This document shows, one piece after another, positions 62,637 through 64,000 of a DNA stretch of 64,000 nt; position 1 is the first letter of the stretch, and the number at the start of each line of letters is the position of its first letter. The stretch is from Eledone cirrhosa (taxonomy: Eukaryota), in assembly GCA_964016885.1 (NCBI GenBank), contig OZ024753.1, positions 14,508,001 to 14,572,000 on the forward strand, in the 5' to 3' direction. The notes beneath the pieces are model-generated. The model made no database searches. It was given only the letters and a program-made list of their open reading frames with translations, and was not told the origin of the DNA. The translations under genes were made by a program, and so were the position numbers.

Positions 62637-62859
62637 TTTACTCAGCTGTAGAAATGAGATGATATGGACTTGAGTCCCTATCATTCCACTGCAAAGTGGT
62701 CGTGGAGGTGCCACGGCAAAAAAGCACCCAGCACTCACTGTAAATGAGGTTGGTGTTAGGAAGGGCATCCAGCTGTAGAAATCAAGCCAGAATCAGTTCC
62801 CGTCCCACCCTTGCAAGCAGGGAAAAGTGGACGTAAAATGAAATGATGATGATGATGAT
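62637..62859 (+). mobile_element. SINE S2, 5'-truncated
   Basis: Matches the S2 core end and tail. Confidence 0.88.
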
Positions 62860-63199
62860 ATATATCTGTGTGTGTGGGCCTTCCATTTTCATTTTACATT
62901 ATATACATGTCTGTGTATATTTTAATTATTTAAAAATCATTTTTAAGTGAACATGATTTTTAAGAAATATCTTAAAGCGAACGTGACCCAACTGGTCACG
63001 GGTCATCTAATCAATCATAAAGTCACCTTCAATATATAAACCTATATCATCGCCATCATCATTACTTGACCTCCACTTTCATATTCTGGCATGCTCTAGA
63101 TACTTCATCAGAGACCAGGTCAGTACGTAATTTCGGGGGTGGGTTAGTGGTGGTGGTGGTGGGGGCTAGTCGTGTGTGTGTGTGTATGTCCTCATAGAT

Positions 63200-63400
63200 C
63201 AGGCATGTCAAAGACTGCAGCCCTTTACAAGCACACCTGCGGCCCGCATAAAGGTTTTTACAGGTTGAGAGTATTTTATCTTCATAATATAACATTTAAA
63301 AAGCTGTAGTAATGTGCGCAATTAGCTGTTGTGTGTGGCCCTCAGACAACACATATGTAACCCATGTGATCCTCGGAGGACCCTCAGTTTGACATGCCTG
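63200..63400. mobile_element. hAT-type MITE
   Basis: 13-bp TIR CAGGCATGTCAAA / TTTGACATGCCTG, with an 8-bp TSD TCATAGAT / TCATGGAT. Confidence 0.8.
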
Positions 63401-63583
63401 TCATGGATGGTTTGTAGTCTATCTCTTGCTCAATATGTTTTTATTTTCAACATGGGTTTTATGGTTAGATGCCCTTCTTAATGCCAATCACTTTAAAAAG
63501 TTTATTGGTTGCCAACTCTAATGAGGATGTACAGTTCTTGAGATCACCACAAAGTCATCTTCCTCCTCTTTTGACATGAATTA

Positions 63584-63781
63584 TGGTTGGCTGAAAAGTT
63601 CATAGATTGACTAACTATGAAGGAATGATGCTAGGGCTGTGAAATCTTGCATGCATTAATTTCAAATCTTCTTATTAATAACTGCATTGTTTCTTTCCAG
63701 GGACTATGTTGAGGAATAAACCTCATATGGTCGTTCCATGAGAGTATCTTTGTCAGCCTATGAACTTTTCAGCTGATCCTT
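63584..63781. mobile_element. mariner-type MITE
   Basis: GGTTGGCTGAAAAGTTCATAGATTGAC / GTCAGCCTATGAACTTTTCAGCTGATCC. Confidence 0.7.
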
Positions 63782-64000
63782 ATATATATATGAATCAAAA
63801 TTGCGAGCTGTGTTGTTGCAATTAAGTATAATGAAAAATTAGAAATTATCAGTTGTCTGCTCGGCATCATAGGCTCAGCCTAGGGCGAAACAATAACTAA
63901 AGTAAGTTATTGGGATAAAAAGATATGGGTGGAGAAAGATAAAGACAGGGAAACAGACATGATTGATTAAGCAACATAAAGAGAGGAAAAAAAAATATAT

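Overview
AT-rich, repeat-saturated eukaryotic DNA, most likely intergenic or intronic sequence from an octopod cephalopod. That assignment is inferred from the tRNA-derived SINE families, RTE LINEs and very long (TA)n/(TACA)n tracts. No host protein-coding gene is recognisable, and most long ORFs in the track are microsatellite artefacts. The window holds 5'-truncated RTE-clade LINEs (one keeps an 862-aa open APE-RT frame with a PHD finger inside the RT), a bipartite non-autonomous RTE derivative, two SINE families, piggyBac/mariner/pogo/hAT MITEs and several minisatellites. The most striking signal is at least 8 sequence-divergent families of short non-coding elements sitting in (TA)n tracts. 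Across these families, three traits recur: type I hammerhead ribozyme motifs, a 5' inverted duplication that often pivots at or near the ribozyme, and a covarying 3' hairpin with a 2-nt bulge (RCTC-stem...stem-TH-GAGY). Not every family shows all three. They are best read as non-autonomous Penelope-like (retrozyme-like) retroelements. All structures were folded by eye and coordinates may be off by a few bases.
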